This document shows positions 58,685 through 64,000 of a stretch of DNA of 64,000 nt, one piece after another. Under the pieces are notes generated by a model, which was not told where the DNA came from, made no database searches, and saw only the letters and a list, made by a program, of their open reading frames with translations. The stretch's first letter is position 1, and the number at the start of each line of letters is the position of its first letter. The position numbers and the translations under genes are program-made. Source of the stretch: Guillardia theta CCMP2712 (taxonomy: Eukaryota; Protista; Cryptophyta); assembly GCF_000315625.1 (NCBI RefSeq), contig NW_005434665.1, positions 305,198-369,197 on the forward strand. The letters run 5' to 3'.

Positions 58685-61186
58685 ATGGCGGCACGTGGGT
58701 GGCGACTCGGACCTCTCGTCCTTCCGCTGCTGCCTCAACCTACATCCTCCTCTCACGTTGCTACTCTTCGCTGAAGCTCCTCCTGCATTTCCCCAGCCAC
58801 TCTCATGCACGCCCATCACTTGTTTCGTCCTGTTTCTTCCCCTGGCTGTACCACCCTTGTCTGCATCATGAGCTCTTCGTGGGACTTTGCCTGCGTTGCG
58901 AGTTAGAGAATCGTTCCTTTGATACCAGCAGTTAGATCATCGTACATTACCTCTGTTAAGCATCTTTCTGTTCCTCCCTTGCCTTGTTTGGAAATATCTC
59001 ACAGTGATCATTGATTACAGAGGCAGTCCTCATGACGTCAGCGGGAATCGACTAGATAGCGTGACTTGGAAGCTCGAAGATGTCATCAGGATCGAAGAGG
59101 AGAATTGGGGAAGCATTTGGAAACAGCGATCGAGACAAGCACCAAAACAACAAGGTTTTCTCGCTGTGACCGCTTCCTCGCACTGACGATTTTCATTGAA
59201 GACTAATCAACACTTGAGTCCAGAGGAACAACTTGCACAAGCTGTGAGCCGTCTTGAAGATATCAGAAACGGTGAAAGATACCCCGAAATGACATGTTGG
59301 TGTGATGCGGTGATGATCAGGAACGGATGATGAGCTCATTAGGGAGTCGGAGGATCTCTCGCGGAAACGAGATGAACAGCTCAATGCACTGCTGGCGAAA
59401 GGTGATGGAACTTTACTTCCCATTTCCGCTCAGGATCAGTTCAGGGAGTGGAGGACACAGCAAAGGAAATCTCTCGCGGTCCTCGGTTGGATCTTTGGCC
59501 CTAGGAAGACCGATCTAACTCGCCAAGCAGGTGGAAGCACAGCGAAGAACGATATGTGACGAGTTCGAGGTTGAGAGCTAGAGCTTGAGAGGGTGCAAGA
59601 GTTGCTGAGTGTGCCTGAAGAGCGCACGCGCAAAGGCACAAGATCGCTTGAGAACAGAAATGGAGACTTTGCAACAAGTATGAATCCTCTGCCATGTGAG
59701 GCCTGAACTGAAAGCATCCAGTGGGCTCAAGGGGAGATCGAAACTGCTGCCAATTCCGGTGCTCAACTTATTTGAAAGTCCTTCAGTCAGCTTCTAACTT
59801 GCTGCTCAAAGGCATGACCTCAAGGGTCAGGCGCAAAACTCGGGCGAGAGGAGAAGCTGACGGTGACGTGCTCCTGGTCCTGCTGCTCTTCTCAAAGAGT
59901 TGGAATAGGTTTCCTGGCTGATCGTGAGAAGGCCTCGAGTATCATGTAGCCTCTGCATCTTGCGCAAAGAATCGCATGTCTTGTCTTATCTCCCCTGGTT
60001 GACAGATACCGACTTCAAGAGCTGCAACAGCGCGTCATCCTCACAAAGGTTTGTCCCTGTGCGCTTGCCTCAACTTGAATTGAATTGAGCATAGGATGAC
60101 CTTGACCGAGATCTTGACACATTGAGATCCAAGGTAAGAGGAGGGCTCGGCCGGGAACATTTATTCATTGAGCTCGTTACAAGGCGCCTAAGACAGAGAA
60201 AGAATCATCGAAAACAGCGAAAACAAAGCAAGCGGAGGAAGTGAGTCATTCGCTTGCTACTGCTTACACGACTGATTATCCGAACAGGATCATTCGGGAA
60301 AGAAGACAAATCCATCCTCAAAGGTAATGCTTTCTCCTTTCAAACTTGAAAGCTGATTTTTCTGATCTTGGACCACAAAGGCCCCTGTTTCTAGCAATTC
60401 AGCTCCCTCAAAAGCAAATACTTCTTCATCGAAATCGGACAAAAGTATGTTTTTCCATCCATTTTTTCATTGATTTCATCGATTGATTATCTCATGGTAT
60501 AGCGGCTAACAAATCTGAGAAATCCGCTCCAGCTACTAATGACAAGACGAGCAAACCGGCTTCATCTTCCTCAAAGGTGATTTCCCGTCTTCACATCTCC
60601 CCTCGAACCTTACTTGAAACTCAACCGAAGCAGTCAAACACCAACACAAGCGCTAAGGCTGGAAGCAGCAGCAAGGTATTTCTCTCAATTTTTTCGCGAG
60701 CTATACTGATGTTCATCTTACAGGCAAACAATGCTCAAGGTGAGGGTCTTGGTGTTGGTCGTGCTGCGTATCGCAGGGCTGAACACTCGTCAGCCAACGG
60801 CAAGGGAACTGCCGAGAAGTCAGCTCGTCAGGATCGGGCTGAGAATCGAGCAGGGAGCTCGAGCGTGTACACATCGAAGGGAGTGCTGTACATGGACAAG
60901 GAGAGGTTCGAGAAAGGCGATGCTGTCAGCGTGATCTTGGAGGACGGAACTTCGGTGATTTTAGTAGGGCTTTGCTCCCTTCTATTCAACGTATGGTCCG
61001 CAGATCAAGGGAACGATCAACACTATCAACTCGTTGGAGTTGCGAATTCAGGTAAAACTACTTTGGGGGATGGCCCATCCCTGACAGACTTGCCCGCAGC
61101 AGAGTGAGGGAGACAGCATCTCAAAGGTGTACCTCAGTCACTTGAAGAACAAGAAAGCTTCTCTCCACAAGCAGGAGGAATCTTGA
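58685..61186 (+). CDS. Sds3/BRMS1-like Sin3-HDAC complex subunit, many exons
   Basis: Coiled-coil exons (SRLEDIRNG-TDDELIRESEDLSRKRDEQL), RRKTRAR, DDLDRDLDTLR, and C-terminal GVLYMDKERFEKGDAVSV..GTINTINSLELRIQ..SKVYLSHLK resembling the Sds3 C-terminal beta domain; start uncertain. Confidence 0.6.
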
Positions 61187-62058
61187 CGCCATGGCGATGA
61201 CAGAGCATGTGAAGTAATGAAGTCAATCTGTCTGCCTCTATTCTATCCCCTTTGAATGCTCCATGGCCTCATCGGATGTTTGTGTCTTGTGATTAGTCAC
61301 ATCATTTGCCTTCCTCTTCACCTTATCTGCCTACACCTAATATCGCCTAGAACTAATCTCTCCCTCCCCTTTCCCGGGAGTCTCCCTCCCTCCCTCCCTC
61401 CCTCCCTTCTCCCTCCCTTCTCCCTCCCTCCCTCCGGAGGCCTCCCTCCCTCCCTTTTCCTCTGTAGTCACTTCACTCCCCATCCCTCCTCCCTGCTCCC
61501 TCCCCAGTCCCCACCTCTCGCCCTCCTTACTATCTCGCACAACTGCTGGGTCCGACCACGGGATCAGCGACTAGGGCTCACTGATTCCGATTCCATCACC
61601 GGTGCCGCCATGCTCGGGATTGAGGGTAGGGTTAACTTCTGTCATCCAATGCAAGAGGGTGGGTGCTCCAAGTTATACGGTCATGTGTCGTAAAGGGGTA
61701 CTAATTCATGTATTCGGGGTGGGTATTTCAAGAGAAGCAAGCCGGTGGTGTGCCAGAAAAATACTATGATATGGTGGGTAGTCCTGCAGTAGACGGTGGG
61801 GGTACAGAAATAGCAGTTTCCGTTGGTATAGGAGGATAGGAGGGGTGGACGGTAGAAAGGGGTAGTTCTTCTGATCTCCGACGCCAGCGGACTTTGCGAT
61901 TTCCCCGATCCCCACCCACCTTTACCTTTACTGTTTTTTTTTTTTAATGTGGGTAAGGAAGTACCCCCTCTACAGGCCTGACTTTCATGGGTTAGGAATT
62001 TGCCATGGGGTGTATTGCGGCACGGGGGTGGGTCCATTGTGGTTTAGCTCCGTAAGTC

Positions 62059-64000
62059 ATGGGAGGCTTCGACTTCGCCAGCTTCGATGGGTCAGAGCCG
62101 CTGACGTCGTCGAAGAGGAGGGAGAGGACGGAGAGATCGAGCACAAGAGACTCTCAGGAGGAGGACTCCAACAGCGATTTCGTGCTGCGAAGGTACAGGT
62201 TCGATGCGCAAGGAGGAGGACAGGAGACGAGATTGCCTGCCCTGCGGCATTATGACGTGAAGATGAGAAGGTCTTCTGCTGCCCCATCCGAGTCTGAGCT
62301 GCAGTACCACATGACCACCAACAGAGACTATCTGCGGTTCTACTACACTGACTACCTCGGATCCCCACCCATGGAAGATTCGAAACCCAAGTTCGCCGAC
62401 GACCGGGGCGAGGCCATTGAGATCCAAGAATTGTGTAGGTGGATCAGCTCTGTCAATCCTCGCACTCGGCTAGAGAGCTATCCTCTGTTCGTCCTCTGCA
62501 AGGATGTTCTCAATCGGATAGCGACGAAGGAGCTGAAGATCATAGACAGTGACAAGGCGGAACTAATGGACCTGCTCGCAGATGCGAAGAATCGAATTGC
62601 GGAGCTTGAAACGAAGCTTGCAGACGCACAGGATGAATTCAGAGAGGAGCTAGACGGGCTCAACAAGAAATGGAAGCAGAGGCTCCTTGACTCCACTGCA
62701 GAAACACTAAGGGATGATGGAGAGCTGAAGCTCTTGAGGGAACAGCTTGCGGCGAGTAAGAACGAACTTTGCCAGAGAGAGGGGGAGCTCCAAGAGTGCA
62801 AAGAGCAGCTGGAAAAGTTCACAAAGGAGCTGGCAAAGCAGAAGAAGGAAGCCTCCTCGATGAAGAACCAGAACACTTCTCTGTCAGAGAAGATAGCATC
62901 GATGGAGCAAAAGTTGAAAGCGTTGAAGAGCGGCGATCAGCACGACCCATTCTCGAAGCTCGATGACAATGTACAAACATGCTTGCTCGCTCTCGTTGTC
63001 TCGTCTCAGACGTTTCTGTTGCAGGGGAAGATAGACGCGCTCAAGAGATTGCTCCTTGATGACTCTCTGTTCAAACAAGCCAAGTTCAAGAACGTGCTGG
63101 TAGACACGCTCCTTGTTCCACCGACGAAAGGCATTCCGGTCTCAATCAAAAAAGCTCTCTGCTTGAGGTGCTACCTTGAGCATGAGAAGGCTTCTTGTTG
63201 TGTGTCCACTCGCTGATTCCGATCACAGATTGTTGTCGTTCATCTTCGAGTCAGAACAAGGGGCAGGAGACAACCTGACAAAACTTGCTACCATCTCGAA
63301 CATGCTTTCAAGCGAGGAGAAGCCGATCATGATATCAGAACTGCTAAAAGAGGCGGTTGAGAAAGACTTGCCGAAGATGAAGCTCAATGAACAGGCATTC
63401 ATCCTGTCGTCTCACAAGTCGTGCGATGACAAGGTGGACAGGTTGAGTTCTTGGAAGTCATCGTGAAGTCTTGGATCTCCACATTCAAGTCAGATCAGCG
63501 ATGTGTCTTCGACAAGTCAAAGGTGTCGCTTGTCAACTCGATTCTTGTGCGCTGATTGCTTTCACTCTCACGATGCGCAGGAGCTCATGGCAGAGTGGGG
63601 CAAGGGGAAGGATCAGATTTCATTGCAGGAGCTTCAGCCGGCGATGAATCAGATTGGAATCCCTCCCATACGATCTGAACAATTCTTCATCGACTGTTCT
63701 GGTTGAGAAATGACTCACAGTTTACTGGGCTGACGTTTCTGATTCTAGGCGACGAGTGGGAAAGGGTGAAGATCCGATGCATGGAGGTAAGGAGGGGAAG
63801 GAGGAGGGGGGGGAAAAGGGAGGGAGGCGGGGGTTGGGGTGATTGGATTGTGTATACAACCCGCTGACTCGTGGGCCTCCTGGATCCTCAAAGGAGAACA
63901 TTGAGAATCCTGTCAGTCGGCTGGAGACAGATTTCAAGATAAGGTGGGGAGCTTGATCTGTGCCGTCATGATTTGAAATCGGTTTTGAGCGATTGCTTGA
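62059..64000 (+). CDS. Coiled-coil protein, multi-exon, probably continuing beyond the window
   Basis: 385-aa ORF with an E/K/L/Q-rich heptad region; further exons at 63229-63432 and 63581-63660. Confidence 0.6.

Overview
This is gene-dense eukaryotic nuclear DNA. It has many short (about 45-150 nt) spliceosomal introns, often with a CTGAC branch point or filled with (CCT)n/(GGA)n microsatellites, GC-rich intergenic islands and two assembly gaps. The style, plus a signal peptide followed by an A-F motif, suggests a complex-plastid alga such as a cryptophyte (inference only). Recognisable genes: AP-3 delta adaptin, a torsin-like AAA+ ATPase, a fused dethiobiotin synthetase/DAPA aminotransferase (BIO3-BIO1), a renalase-like FAD oxidoreductase, a lipocalin-like protein, an ER DnaJ, an Sds3/BRMS1-like protein, and EF-hand, PX-domain and WW+PA proteins. 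Four things stand out. (1) An almost intronless ~2,050-aa secreted mosaic protein: laminin-B-like start, nested inserted beta repeats, phage-structural-like modules, Myxococcus-type Cys-rich end. (2) An A - inverted B ... inverted A - B arrangement at 34.7-43.9 kb, resembling an inversion with duplicated breakpoints, that yields two copies and a relic of a four-TM protein with a long GYNx loop. (3) A three-exon 61-aa microprotein absent from the ORF track. (4) A ubiquitin-tail LRLRGG motif after a signal peptide. All family calls are by-eye motif recognition; no searches were run, and multi-exon gene boundaries are approximate.
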